In this document: positions 30,691 to 40,118 of the stretch, one piece after another
How the letters are laid out: every line of letters begins with the position of its first letter
Position numbering within the stretch: the stretch's first letter is position 1
Origin: Patescibacteria group bacterium
GTDB lineage: Bacteria > Patescibacteriota > Microgenomatia > Woykebacterales > RBG-16-39-9b
Direction of reading: 5' to 3'
NCBI GenBank assembly: GCA_022574495.1
Contig: JACZRW010000002.1
Span: 1 to 51,482, forward strand
DNA length: 51,482 nt
Position numbers and translations under genes: made by a program
The notes under the pieces: model-generated
Told to the model about the DNA's origin: nothing
Database searches by the model: none
What the model saw: only the letters and a program-made list of their open reading frames with translations

Positions 30691-31059
30691 TTAAATTACC
30701 TCCTGCGCCAAGGACACTATCTTCATAAACCCTCGTTCACGAATTTCTCTTGCAATTGGACCAAATACCCTAGTTGCCCTTGGATTTCCGGATTTATCAA
30801 TAACTACAGCTGCATTATCATCAAATTTTATATATGAGCCGTCTGCTCTTCTTTTTTCTTTCCTTGTCCTAACCACTAAAGCCTTTACGACTTCAGATGC
30901 TTTAACGGTTCCTTCAGGCTGGGCTTTTTTTACTGTAGCGGTAATCACATCACCCATACTAGCAAATCTTTGATTACTTCTACCAGGAATACCTATCACC
31001 ATTAGTTTTTTTGCTCCGGAATTGTCCGCCACGTTAAGAATAGTTCTATTCTGTATCAT
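30691..31059 (-). CDS. rplN: 50S ribosomal protein L14
   Basis: [18 protein letters not shown]... Confidence 0.97.
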   Translation of the reverse strand: MIQNRTILNVADNSGAKKLMVIGIPGRSNQRFASMGDVITATVKKAQPEGTVKASEVVKALVVRTRKEKRRADGSYIKFDDNAAVVIDKSGNPRATRVFGPIAREIRERGFMKIVSLAQEVI

Positions 31060-31274
31060 TTCAAAACCTCCACAATTTTAAATCTCTTCCTTTTTGAAAT
31101 AGGTTTGGTTGCTTTAATTGATACATTATCTCCTTCAACAACACCTAAAGTATCTTCAACTAAGTATTTCTTCTTCCTTCTAAGTCTTTTCTTGTACAGA
31201 GGGTGGATAACGAATCTTTCAACCTCAACTACAACAGTATTATCCATTTTTTTACTTATTACTTTTCCAATCAT
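31056..31274 (-). CDS. rpsQ: 30S ribosomal protein S17
   Basis: [27 protein letters not shown]. Confidence 0.95.
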   Translation of the reverse strand: MIGKVISKKMDNTVVVEVERFVIHPLYKKRLRRKKKYLVEDTLGVVEGDNVSIKATKPISKRKRFKIVEVLK

Positions 31275-31465
31275 TTTTTTAAGTCCTCAATCCTAACCGC
31301 AGTGTATATTTTTGCGATTTCTTTTCTTTTCATTGTTATCTTATGTGGGTCTTTCAAGTTACCCATCGAATTTTGAAACTTCAGATCTAAAAGCTCCTTC
31401 TCCGATTTTTTTAATAGGTTTTCCATTTCCTTTTTCCCTTTATCCTTTAAATCAAGTTTCTTCAT
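31271..31465 (-). CDS. rpmC: 50S ribosomal protein L29
   Basis: 64-aa helical protein between rplP and rpsQ. Confidence 0.9.
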   Translation of the reverse strand: MKKLDLKDKGKKEMENLLKKSEKELLDLKFQNSMGNLKDPHKITMKRKEIAKIYTAVRIEDLKK

Positions 31466-31878
31466 AACAAGTCATCCTTAATTACAAACCTAACACCTAA
31501 TGGTAGTTTTCTTCCGGCCAATCTCATTGCTTCTCTTGCGATATTTTGTTCAACCCCACTTATTTCAAATATTGTACTTCCCGGTTTTACAACGGCAACA
31601 TAATGATCTACCGCTCCTTTACCTGAACCCATACCTGCCTCTGGTGGTTTTTTTGTAATTGGTTTATCTGGAAAGATTCTAATCCAAAGCCTACCTCCTC
31701 TTTTTGTATAATGAGTGATAGATCGTCGCGCTGCCTCTATTTGTCTTGCTGTAACCCAACCAGATTCTTTTGACTTAAGCGCATAATCTCCAAATTCTAT
31801 CTTAGAACCACGAGTAGCAACCCCACCCATACTGCCTCTAAATGCTCTTCTGTATTTTACTCGTTTTGGTTGTAACAT
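31462..31878 (-). CDS. rplP: 50S ribosomal protein L16
   Basis: [17 protein letters not shown]... Confidence 0.97.
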   Translation of the reverse strand: MLQPKRVKYRRAFRGSMGGVATRGSKIEFGDYALKSKESGWVTARQIEAARRSITHYTKRGGRLWIRIFPDKPITKKPPEAGMGSGKGAVDHYVAVVKPGSTIFEISGVEQNIAREAMRLAGRKLPLGVRFVIKDDLL

Positions 31879-32517
31879 CTATTTATCTTCCTTTTTTTCA
31901 GGTTTATTAATCCAAACTTTAACCCCAACTACACCGGCTGTAGGTGTCTTTGCATCTACTCTAGCAAAATCTATATTCGCCCTTAGTGTATGCAACGGTA
32001 CACTACCTTCAACTAACTTTTCTCTACGTGCTATTTCACGACCTCCAAGTCTTCCACTACATATAATCTTTACTCCTGAAGCACCAGATCGCATTACTCT
32101 TCCCACAGACTGAGCCATTACTCTTTTCACCGGCAACCTTCTTTCAATTTGCCCAGCCACCCATGATGCTATTAGTAAAGCTTCTAAATCTGGGTTACGC
32201 ACCTCTTTGATATTCAAACTTACCTTTTGCCCAACCAAAGAATCCAGCTTTTTTCTTAATTCATCAACCCCGGATCCAGATCTACCAATCACCATACCCG
32301 GCCTAGCTACGTGAATAGTTATATTTGTTTTATTGATTGACCTCTCAATTATAATCTTAGCCACCCCAACGTTTTTCAGTCGAGCATTTATATAACCTCT
32401 TATTTTTATATCTTGCTCTAAAAATTCTTTATATTTAGCTTTAGTAGCGTACCAATGCGAGCTCCAATCGTGTGTAATTGGCAATCTGAATGCTTTTGGA
32501 TGAACTTTTTGGCCCAT
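31879..32517 (-). CDS. rpsC: 30S ribosomal protein S3
   Basis: MGQKVHPKAFRL..., KH domain. Confidence 0.97.
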   Translation of the reverse strand: MGQKVHPKAFRLPITHDWSSHWYATKAKYKEFLEQDIKIRGYINARLKNVGVAKIIIERSINKTNITIHVARPGMVIGRSGSGVDELRKKLDSLVGQKVSLNIKEVRNPDLEALLIASWVAGQIERRLPVKRVMAQSVGRVMRSGASGVKIICSGRLGGREIARREKLVEGSVPLHTLRANIDFARVDAKTPTAGVVGVKVWINKPEKKEDK

Positions 32518-32855
32518 TATTTACCTTCCTCAACTACAACAACTCTTATATGAGAAGTTCTTTTTATAATAGGGTTGGCCATACCTCTACTTCTTGGTAA
32601 AAACCTCTTTAACCGCGGGCCCTCGTTCACAACTACCTCTTTAATAATTAATTTTTTTTCGTCGAGTTTATTGTTATTAGTGGCGTTACTTATAGCAGAT
32701 TTCAAAACCTTTGCTAATGGTAAGCTAGCCTTTTTTTGGACGAACTTTAAAACTTCAAGTGCCTCACTAGCATGTTTACCGGCTAAATTATCCGCCACCA
32801 GCTTAGCTTTTCTGGGTGATATTCTTATGTTTTTCCCTTCAGCAAAAACTTCCAT
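32517..32855 (-). CDS. rplV: 50S ribosomal protein L22
   Basis: NIRISPRKAKLVADNL.... Trimmed to the ATG (MEVFAEGK...). Confidence 0.93.
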   Translation of the reverse strand: MEVFAEGKNIRISPRKAKLVADNLAGKHASEALEVLKFVQKKASLPLAKVLKSAISNATNNNKLDEKKLIIKEVVVNEGPRLKRFLPRSRGMANPIIKRTSHIRVVVVEEGK

Positions 32856-32868
32856 AGTAATTTTCAAA

Positions 32869-33153
32869 TTATGTTGGTGTTAAAATACGCTTTGCTACAT
32901 TACCGTGGCCCCTAAAAGTACGTGTTGGCGCAAACTCACCAACCCTATGACCCACCATTGGTTCGGTAACAAATACAGAAATAAAATTCTTTCCGTTATG
33001 AACTGATAAAGTCAGTCCTACCATCTCTGGCGATATCTGAGAATTTCTTGCCCATGTTTTAATTGGCTCACGAGAACCTTCCTCTTTTGCTTTTTTAACT
33101 TTTTTTAATAATTTTTGGTCTATGTAAGGACCTTTTTTTATTGACCTCGACAT
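32869..33153 (-). CDS. rpsS: 30S ribosomal protein S19
   Basis: [12 protein letters not shown]...[16 protein letters not shown]. Confidence 0.97.
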   Translation of the reverse strand: MSRSIKKGPYIDQKLLKKVKKAKEEGSREPIKTWARNSQISPEMVGLTLSVHNGKNFISVFVTEPMVGHRVGEFAPTRTFRGHGNVAKRILTPT

Positions 33154-33154
33154 A

Positions 33155-33985
33155 TTATTTTCTCTTCCTTACCTGGACAATATATTTATTAGAAAACTTA
33201 TTCTTTTTTCTTGTTTTTTTACCTAAGGTTCGCTTACCCCAAGGGCTTTTTGGGGAGCTCATACCAATTCCACTTTTACCTTCACCCCCACCATGAGGAT
33301 GGTCAGCAGGACTCATCGCTAATCCTCTGACTGTTGGTCTTATACCCATATGTCTACTTCTACCAGCCTTACCTAAAGTAATATTTTTTAAATCTGCTTT
33401 ACTAACTACACCCATTGTAGCTTTAGATTTAATTGGTATCTTACGAATTTCACCAGAAGGCATTTTCAAATGTGCAAACCCAGAATCTCGTGACATTAAA
33501 GTGGCATTTGTACCTGCAGATCTTGCAATTTGCCCCCCTTTACCAGGAGTGAGTTCTATATTGTGAACAATTGTTCCAACAGGAATTTTCTCTAGTGGCA
33601 TTGTGTTACCCACAGCTACCTCCACCTTGTCTCCAGACACCAAAGTATCTCCTTTTTTCAATTCGTTTGGAGCTAGTATATACCTCTTCTCCCCATCTAC
33701 ATAATTTAGTTGGGCGATATACGCACTCCTGTTTGGATCGTATTCGATGGAAACAACCTTTGCCGGTACATTAAATTTGTCTCTCTTAAAATCTATTTCT
33801 CTATACAATCTTTTGTGTCTACCACCAATATGACGAGTACTTATCCTCCCCTTATTACCTCTTCCACCAGTCTTAGGTAATGCAGAAGTTAGCCCCTTTA
33901 GTGGTCTTCGTTTATCAACATCGTATGATACATAGGTCATAAACCTTCTAGCATTTTTTTTCCCTGGTGATTTCTTAACTGTCAT
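33155..33985 (-). CDS. rplB: 50S ribosomal protein L2
   Basis: ...[15 protein letters not shown]... Confidence 0.97.
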   Translation of the reverse strand: MTVKKSPGKKNARRFMTYVSYDVDKRRPLKGLTSALPKTGGRGNKGRISTRHIGGRHKRLYREIDFKRDKFNVPAKVVSIEYDPNRSAYIAQLNYVDGEKRYILAPNELKKGDTLVSGDKVEVAVGNTMPLEKIPVGTIVHNIELTPGKGGQIARSAGTNATLMSRDSGFAHLKMPSGEIRKIPIKSKATMGVVSKADLKNITLGKAGRSRHMGIRPTVRGLAMSPADHPHGGGEGKSGIGMSSPKSPWGKRTLGKKTRKKNKFSNKYIVQVRKRK

Positions 33986-34034
33986 AATTTTTTTACTAAA
34001 GAAAGAGAAGATTCATAATCAATTTTGTGAATAA

Positions 34035-34328
34035 TCACTTCTTAGCCTCAAATATAGTTATCTTTTGCCCTTTTTCTATCTGCACTGTCGCTTTTTTAAA
34101 CGGGCCAATTTTTGCCCTTTTTCTACTTTTCATCATTCTCTTAGATCTACCTTTAATTATTCTCGTCTTTACATTAATAACATCAACACTAAAACTTTCT
34201 TTTACTGCTTTTGCAACATCTTTTTTTGTGGCACTATTGTCTACTTTAAAAACGTATTTATCAGACTCGATATCCTTCAAACTAGACTCTGAGATAATTG
34301 GTTTTATAAGTACTCTACTTATCTGCAT
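34035..34328 (-). CDS. rplW: 50S ribosomal protein L23
   Basis: Position between rplD and rplB. VFKVDNSATKKDVAKAVKESF. Confidence 0.93.
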   Translation of the reverse strand: MQISRVLIKPIISESSLKDIESDKYVFKVDNSATKKDVAKAVKESFSVDVINVKTRIIKGRSKRMMKSRKRAKIGPFKKATVQIEKGQKITIFEAKK

Positions 34329-35016
34329 TTTTCATATCTCCTAAATACTCTCTATCCATTTTGTCTAGGGCTGCTTTTGTTACAATTAAATTACTTATAT
34401 TTACTACTAAGAACGTATTTAAATTATGTAAATTCTCCAACCCCACATTTGGTAAGTTTCTAAAAGACTTTTGAGCGTTTTGATCATTGCTATCTAAAAC
34501 AAATAAGCTTTTTCCTTTTATAGGAAGCTTTAACATTAAATCAGCGGCCATTTTAGTCTTAGGTTCCTTAAACTTAAGTTCTTTAATAACAACCAAGTTT
34601 TCTTCTTTAGCCTTATCAGAAAGGGCACTAAGCAATGATTTTCTCTTCATTTTCTTTGGAAAAGATAATTCAAATTTTCTAGGTTTTGGTCCGTGTATCA
34701 CCCCTCCACCTTTCCAATGAGGATCTCTTATAGAACCAGTTCTCGCTTTCCCAAGACCTTTTTGCTTCCACGGCTTTGCCCCACCACCAGAAACTTCACC
34801 CCTAGTCTTAGTTGATGCAGTCCCTTTCCTTTGATTAGTTAAATAAATTCTTACTGCTTGTTTCATTAGTTCCTCATTAATTTTATTACCAAAAATATTT
34901 GGGTTAAGTTTGACTCTACCAAGTTTTTCTCCTTTTTGACCATACAAAGGAGCACTCAGACTTTGCTCTTTTTTGCTAACTTTTTTTGCGGTTGTAGTCT
35001 TAGTTTTTTTCTTCAT
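34315..35016 (-). CDS. rplD: 50S ribosomal protein L4
   Basis: ...GGGAKPWKQKGLGKARTGSIRDPHWKGGG.... Started at the ATG that lies 8 nt after AAGGAG. Confidence 0.94.
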   Translation of the reverse strand: MKKKTKTTTAKKVSKKEQSLSAPLYGQKGEKLGRVKLNPNIFGNKINEELMKQAVRIYLTNQRKGTASTKTRGEVSGGGAKPWKQKGLGKARTGSIRDPHWKGGGVIHGPKPRKFELSFPKKMKRKSLLSALSDKAKEENLVVIKELKFKEPKTKMAADLMLKLPIKGKSLFVLDSNDQNAQKSFRNLPNVGLENLHNLNTFLVVNISNLIVTKAALDKMDREYLGDMKNADK

Positions 35017-35083
35017 TTTCGGTACTCCCTTTCTGCTCCCCACCAGATTAATTATCTTTATTGTTACTTACTGATTCTTTAGT

Positions 35084-35812
35084 CTACTCTGTTTTTACAG
35101 TTTCACCTTCAGGTTGTTTCTCTATGGTTTCTTCTTTCTTACCTAAAGCGGGCGCTTCTGGAATTTCCGGATCGTGATATTTTTTCTTTCTCTTCTTAGA
35201 TTTTTCTATTAATAAAATAGATCCGGTTGGACCTGGTAAAGAACCGTTAATTTCTAATATATTTTCATCTTTATCTACTGTTACTACATCTAAAGCTTGG
35301 ACTTTTATTCTTTCCATTCCAACTTGTCTAGCCATTTTTTTACCTTTAAAAACTCTACCTGGTGTGGTTGTTGCACCAATTGACCCCGGGGCTCTTTCTC
35401 GATCTGATTGCCCATGAGTCCTAGGACCACCAGCAAAGCCATATCTTTTTACTACTCCGGTAAATCCTTTGCCTTTAGAAAGTCCTGTTACATCAACCAA
35501 ACTTCCTTTACTGAAAACGTCACCAACTTTTATTTCCTGACCTAACTTTAAATCTCCGTCGAAATCTACTTCTCTTAACACTTTTGGAGCACTACTTATA
35601 TTTGCTTTCTTAACGTGCCCCATGGTTGGTTTATTCATATCTTTTCTATTACCAGTACCCAATTGTAAGGCTTTATAACCATCTTTTTCGCTTGTTTTAA
35701 TTTGCAACACAAAATTTGGTTCGATCAATACTTTAGTTATCGGCACTGCTCGCCCGTGTGAATCAAATCTTTGAGACATATTCATTTTTCTACCAATTAA
35801 CCCTTTAACCAT
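35084..35812 (-). CDS. rplC: 50S ribosomal protein L3
   Basis: MVKGLIGRKMNMSQRFD...KGKGFTGVVKRYGFAGGPRTHG. Confidence 0.96.
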   Translation of the reverse strand: MVKGLIGRKMNMSQRFDSHGRAVPITKVLIEPNFVLQIKTSEKDGYKALQLGTGNRKDMNKPTMGHVKKANISSAPKVLREVDFDGDLKLGQEIKVGDVFSKGSLVDVTGLSKGKGFTGVVKRYGFAGGPRTHGQSDRERAPGSIGATTTPGRVFKGKKMARQVGMERIKVQALDVVTVDKDENILEINGSLPGPTGSILLIEKSKKRKKKYHDPEIPEAPALGKKEETIEKQPEGETVKTE

Positions 35813-35837
35813 AATTTTTTAGTGAAAAACGTGGCTT

Positions 35838-35876
35838 TTAAAGACACATTTTTTTACCTATCAATCCTTTTACCAT
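35838..35876 (-). other. 12-codon ORF (MVKGLIGKKMCL*), a degenerate duplicate of the rplC start
   Basis: Hand alignment to rplC codons 1-10 shows 25/30 nt identical. Four of the five differences are synonymous and the fifth changes R to K. Confidence 0.6.
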
Positions 35877-35914
35877 ATTCAAAAATGACGTCCTCTAACT
35901 AATTATCCAAAAAT

Positions 35915-35931
35915 ATCATCTATAAGATGAT
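35915..35931. promoter_or_regulatory. perfect palindrome ATCATCT-ATA-AGATGAT in the rpsJ-rplC spacer
   Basis: 7-bp arms with a 3-nt centre. It is a candidate operator or hairpin. Confidence 0.4.
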
Positions 35932-35981
35932 GTTTTCTCCTCCGATTTTCGGCGTCAAAAAAAACTATTTTTCTCGAAAAT

Positions 35982-36000
35982 AAAAAAGACCTTTCGGTCC
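35982..36000 (-). terminator. terminator-like hairpin after rpsJ (GGACC-GAAA-GGTCT + T6)
   Basis: Minus-strand stem of 4 Watson-Crick pairs plus one G-U pair, a GAAA loop, then TTTTTTATTTT. It lies about 35 nt after the rpsJ stop. Confidence 0.55.
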
Positions 36001-36036
36001 GTTGTTCATAAGACTGCTCTTTCTAAACTTATTAGT

Positions 36037-36345
36037 TTACATCTTTAACTCAATGTCAACACCTGCTGGCAATTCCAAATGCATTAGAGCATCAAGAGTC
36101 TTTGGAGTCGGCTCAATGATATCTATTAATCTCTTATGAGTCCTGATTTCAAACTGCTCACGTGCATCCTTATCAACGTGAGGTGAGGTAGTCACCGTAA
36201 AAGATTCCCTTTGAGTTGGTAATGGTACCGGCCCAGCTATCTTTGCGCCTGTACGAATAGCAGTATCAAGAATATCTTCAGCAGAGTCATCCAAAACCCT
36301 TGAATCGTAAGATTTTAAACGTACCCTAATACGACCTTTTGACAT
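36037..36345 (-). CDS. rpsJ: 30S ribosomal protein S10
   Basis: [14 protein letters not shown]... Confidence 0.97.
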   Translation of the reverse strand: MSKGRIRVRLKSYDSRVLDDSAEDILDTAIRTGAKIAGPVPLPTQRESFTVTTSPHVDKDAREQFEIRTHKRLIDIIEPTPKTLDALMHLELPAGVDIELKM

Positions 36346-36376
36346 ATATTGTTAAGTAAGTAAGAGTCAGATAATT

Positions 36377-37567
36377 TTAAGCTATAATTTTTGTAATAAC
36401 TCCTGCTCCGACGGTGTGACCACCTTCTCGGACTGCAAATCTGAGCCCTTCCTCGAGAGCAACCGGACCAATTAACTTTACTTTCATTTTTGTATTATCC
36501 CCTGGCATCACCATTTCTGTACCGTCTGGTAAATTAGCTTCCCCTGTCACATCAGTAGTTCTTAGATAAAACTGTGGTCTATAACCAGAGAAAAATGGAG
36601 TATGACGTCCACCTTCTTCCTTGGTTAAGACATATACTTCAGCTTCAAATTCTGTGTGTGGTTTAATACTTCCTGGCTTTGCCACCACTTGACCACGTTC
36701 TACATCATCTTTTTCTATTCCTCGAAGAAGCAAACCAACGTTGTCTCCAGCCTGACCATCGTCTAACTGCTTTCTAAACATTTCCACTCCGGTAACTACT
36801 GTTGAAGCAGTTTTTGGCCTAATACCTACTATTTCCACTGCTTCATTTACCTTGACCCGACCTCTTTCAATTCTTCCGGTGACAACTGTTCCTCTACCCT
36901 TAATAGAAAATACATCCTCTATAGGCATAGAAAAGGGTTTATCTAAATCTCTAGTTGGGGTAGGAATATAATCATCAACTGCTTTCAAAAGCTCTTCGAT
37001 ACTTTTTTGTGCTTCAGCATCTCCTTCTAGAGCCTTCAAAGCACTACCTCTAATGACAGGAACATCTTTGCCCGGATATTCGTACTTAGTAAGAAGATCT
37101 CGGATTTCTTCTTCTACAAGGTCAAGAAGATCCTTATCGTCTACGGTGTCCACCTTGTTCATAAAGACAACAACAGCAGGAACGCCAACTTGTCTTGCAA
37201 GTAGAATGTGCTCTCTGGTTTGAGGCATTGGACCATCTGCTGCAGAAACAACCAGTATAGCCCCATCCATCTGAGCTGCCCCTGTAATCATATTCTTAAT
37301 ATAATCTGCGTGACCAGGTGCATCTATATGAGCGTAGTGTCTCTTTTCTGTCTCATACTCAACGTGAGCTAGAGCAATTGTAATACCACGCTGTTTTTCT
37401 TCCGGTGCATTATCGATAGTGTCGAAATCTCTAAATTCTGCACCACCTTTACTTGATAGGTATTTTGTAATAGCAGCCGTCAACGTAGTTTTTCCATGAT
37501 CTACATGACCAATAGTACCCACATTTACGTGGGGTTTAGTTCTTTCAAATTTTTTTGTTTCAGCCAT
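36377..37567 (-). CDS. tuf: elongation factor Tu
   Basis: [22 protein letters not shown]. Strong AAAGGAGG SD. Confidence 0.98.
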   Translation of the reverse strand: MAETKKFERTKPHVNVGTIGHVDHGKTTLTAAITKYLSSKGGAEFRDFDTIDNAPEEKQRGITIALAHVEYETEKRHYAHIDAPGHADYIKNMITGAAQMDGAILVVSAADGPMPQTREHILLARQVGVPAVVVFMNKVDTVDDKDLLDLVEEEIRDLLTKYEYPGKDVPVIRGSALKALEGDAEAQKSIEELLKAVDDYIPTPTRDLDKPFSMPIEDVFSIKGRGTVVTGRIERGRVKVNEAVEIVGIRPKTASTVVTGVEMFRKQLDDGQAGDNVGLLLRGIEKDDVERGQVVAKPGSIKPHTEFEAEVYVLTKEEGGRHTPFFSGYRPQFYLRTTDVTGEANLPDGTEMVMPGDNTKMKVKLIGPVALEEGLRFAVREGGHTVGAGVITKIIA

Positions 37568-37805
37568 TTATTCCTCCTTTAACACACGAAGCTAGTTTAA
37601 CTTGGCTAAGTGGTCTCAGCATGCGTAGTAGCTGTCTTCACAACGATCTGAAGACATGAGCCACAATCATACTATATTAATTCATTATAATAAACTCAAA
37701 ATAATTAAACACCGTAGCTATTCTACCAAACATAGTCAAGTAGTAAATCTTTTTTCCTAAGACTAACCACTAAATCTAGAAAATACTGTAGAATATAACA
37801 TTTTA

Positions 37806-39914
37806 TCACGAAGAGTCGCCTTTGTTAATAATCGTATTTGCTACATTCACTGGAACCTCCTCGTAATGTGAAGGTTCCATGCTAAAACTTGCTCTACCTT
37901 GAGTCTGGCTTCGTAGATTTGTAGCATACCCAAACATTTCAGCAAGAGGAACCTGAGTTTTTACTACTCTTACATTTCCCCTAAGTTCTGTATTTTCAAT
38001 TCTCGCTCTTTTACTAGATAAATCTCCAATAACATCACCCATAAATTCTTCTGGGGTAGTAACCTCAAGATTCATTATTGGTTCAAGCAATACTGCGTCT
38101 GCCCTTTTTGTTGCTTCACGCAGTGCCATAGACCCTGCAATTTTGAAAGCTTCTTCAGAAGAATCAACGTCATGAAAACTCCCATCATAAACTGCAACCA
38201 ACATATCAACCATTGGGTACCCTGCCAAACTTCCATTATCCATCGCTCCTTTAACCCCTTTTTGAATTGCCGGGATAAATTCTTTAGGTATAGTACCTCC
38301 AACTACCTCATTTTTAAATTCAAACCCCTCACCACGTCCCCTAGGCTCGATACGAAGGAAACAATGGCCGTATTGTCCTCGTCCTCCTGATTGGCGAATA
38401 TACTTACCTTCCCCTTGAGCTGTCTTTTTGATAGTTTCCTTATACGCAACTTGTGGCTTACCTACATTCGCTCCAACGTTAAATTCTCGTTTCATTCTAT
38501 CAACGATAATATCTAAATGTAACTCACCCATACCACTTATGATTGATTGACCGGTGTCATGGTCCGTTCTTAATTTAAAAGTAGGATCCTCTTCGGAAAG
38601 TTTTGCCAACGCAAGTCCCATCTTTTCTTGGTCTGCCTTCGTTTTTGGCTCAATCGCTAAAGAAATAACCGGTTCTGGAAATGAAATGGATTCTAAAACA
38701 ATAGGTTTATTTTCATCACAAAGGGTGTCTCCGGTAAATGTATCTTTTAGACCAACTGCAGCACCTATTTCTCCAGCCCCAATCTCTTTGATTTCTTCTC
38801 TAGAATTCGCATGCATAAGCAGAATTCTTCCTATTCTTTCTTTTTTATTTTTTGATGAATTGTAAATGTACGAGCCTGAAGTAAGCATTCCTGAGTAAAC
38901 TCTGAAGTAAGTTAGTCGTCCTACGAAAGGGTCTGTCATTACCTTAAAAGCAAGAGCAGTAAATGGTTCTTTTTCGTCGGTTTTTCTTTCTTCTTCTGCT
39001 CCTGTTTTTGGATTTTTACCTTTCACATCTAGAACATCGAGTGGGGAAGGGAGAAGATCCACCACCGCATCTAGAAGTGGTTGAATTCCTTTATTTTTTA
39101 AAGCCGTACCAGCTAAAACTGGGATCAATTTTGTAGAAAGTGTTGCTTTTCGTAAACCAATTCTTAATTCTTCTTCAGTAGGTTCTTCACCCCCCAAATA
39201 TTTTTCCAAAAATTCATCACTTGAATGCTCTGCAACAGCCTCCACTAACTTTCCTCGGTACTCTTCAACTTTTTCCTTCATGTTGGCTGGAACTTCCTCT
39301 TCTTTTGGGTTTGCTCCCATTTCACTGGTGAAAACAATTGCTTTTTTAGATATTAAATCAACAACTCCTTTAAAACCTGACTCCTCTCCTATAGGAAGTT
39401 GGACAGGAACCGCGTTTGCTCCAAGTCTATCTTTTATCGAATCCAAACTCATATAAAAATCCCCACCGGTTGCATCCAATTTATTTATAAAACAAATTCT
39501 TGGTACTTTATATTTATCGGCTTGGCGCCAAACAGTTTCTGACTGAGGCTCAACTCCCATTTTTCCATCAAAAACAACTACCGCTCCATCTAAAACTCGT
39601 AGTGATCTTTCTACCTCTGCGGTAAAATCCACGTGACCAGGAGTATCAATGATATTTATCCTGTGCAGCTCATCTTTGTAAAGACCTTTATGAGTTTTCC
39701 AAAAAGTAGTAGTGGCGGCAGCTGTAATAGTGATTCCTCTTTCCCTTTCTTGAGCCATCCAATCCATAACAGCCTCACCCTTGTGAACTTCACCAATCTT
39801 ATACGTCTTACCGGTATAGTAAAGCACGCGTTCAGTTACCGTAGTCTTACCGGCATCAATGTGCGCAATAATTCCTATATTCCTGACTTTATCAAGTGTG
39901 ACTTTCTCAGCCAT
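37806..39914 (-). CDS. fusA: elongation factor G
   Basis: [21 protein letters not shown]. Length is 702 aa. Confidence 0.98.
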   Translation of the reverse strand: MAEKVTLDKVRNIGIIAHIDAGKTTVTERVLYYTGKTYKIGEVHKGEAVMDWMAQERERGITITAAATTTFWKTHKGLYKDELHRINIIDTPGHVDFTAEVERSLRVLDGAVVVFDGKMGVEPQSETVWRQADKYKVPRICFINKLDATGGDFYMSLDSIKDRLGANAVPVQLPIGEESGFKGVVDLISKKAIVFTSEMGANPKEEEVPANMKEKVEEYRGKLVEAVAEHSSDEFLEKYLGGEEPTEEELRIGLRKATLSTKLIPVLAGTALKNKGIQPLLDAVVDLLPSPLDVLDVKGKNPKTGAEEERKTDEKEPFTALAFKVMTDPFVGRLTYFRVYSGMLTSGSYIYNSSKNKKERIGRILLMHANSREEIKEIGAGEIGAAVGLKDTFTGDTLCDENKPIVLESISFPEPVISLAIEPKTKADQEKMGLALAKLSEEDPTFKLRTDHDTGQSIISGMGELHLDIIVDRMKREFNVGANVGKPQVAYKETIKKTAQGEGKYIRQSGGRGQYGHCFLRIEPRGRGEGFEFKNEVVGGTIPKEFIPAIQKGVKGAMDNGSLAGYPMVDMLVAVYDGSFHDVDSSEEAFKIAGSMALREATKRADAVLLEPIMNLEVTTPEEFMGDVIGDLSSKRARIENTELRGNVRVVKTQVPLAEMFGYATNLRSQTQGRASFSMEPSHYEEVPVNVANTIINKGDSS

Positions 39915-39947
39915 GATACAAGTTCAAATTATAACATTTCAAACACG

Positions 39948-39967
39948 AAAAAACACCGCTTCGGTGT
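39948..39967 (-). terminator. rho-independent terminator/attenuator hairpin 34 nt upstream of the fusA ATG
   Basis: On the minus strand, AACACCG-AAG-CGGTGTT is followed by TTTTTT. Confidence 0.6.
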
Positions 39968-40010
39968 TTAACTTGTCCGCCAAAACCTCGTGCCTAGGCG
40001 GAACCTGTGG

Positions 40011-40039
40011 ATCTTAACAAATGGCAGGCAACCTGTCAA
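40011..40039 (-). promoter_or_regulatory. promoter TTGACA-N17-TAAGAT driving a short hairpin-rich transcript towards fusA
   Basis: rc(40034-40039)=TTGACA and rc(40011-40016)=TAAGAT. Confidence 0.55.
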
Positions 40040-40076
40040 CAATCCCATCAAACTTAACTATAGTTGGCCGCGGCAT

Positions 40077-40106
40077 TTGACATTTCAACCTAAAATAATT
40101 CATAAT
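40077..40106 (+). promoter_or_regulatory. promoter TTGACA-N18-CATAAT, 12 nt before the ATG at 40119
   Basis: Hexamers at 40077-40082 and 40101-40106. No SD. Confidence 0.5.
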
Positions 40107-40118
40107 TGAATTTTAGCC

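Noticed and set aside
37575-37665. tRNA or known leader RNA between fusA and tuf (relatively GC-rich, with hairpin GTCTTCA-N8-TGAAGAC)
   Set aside because: No cloverleaf or T-loop motif could be found. It is probably just a structured 5' UTR of tuf, and I could not support a specific call.
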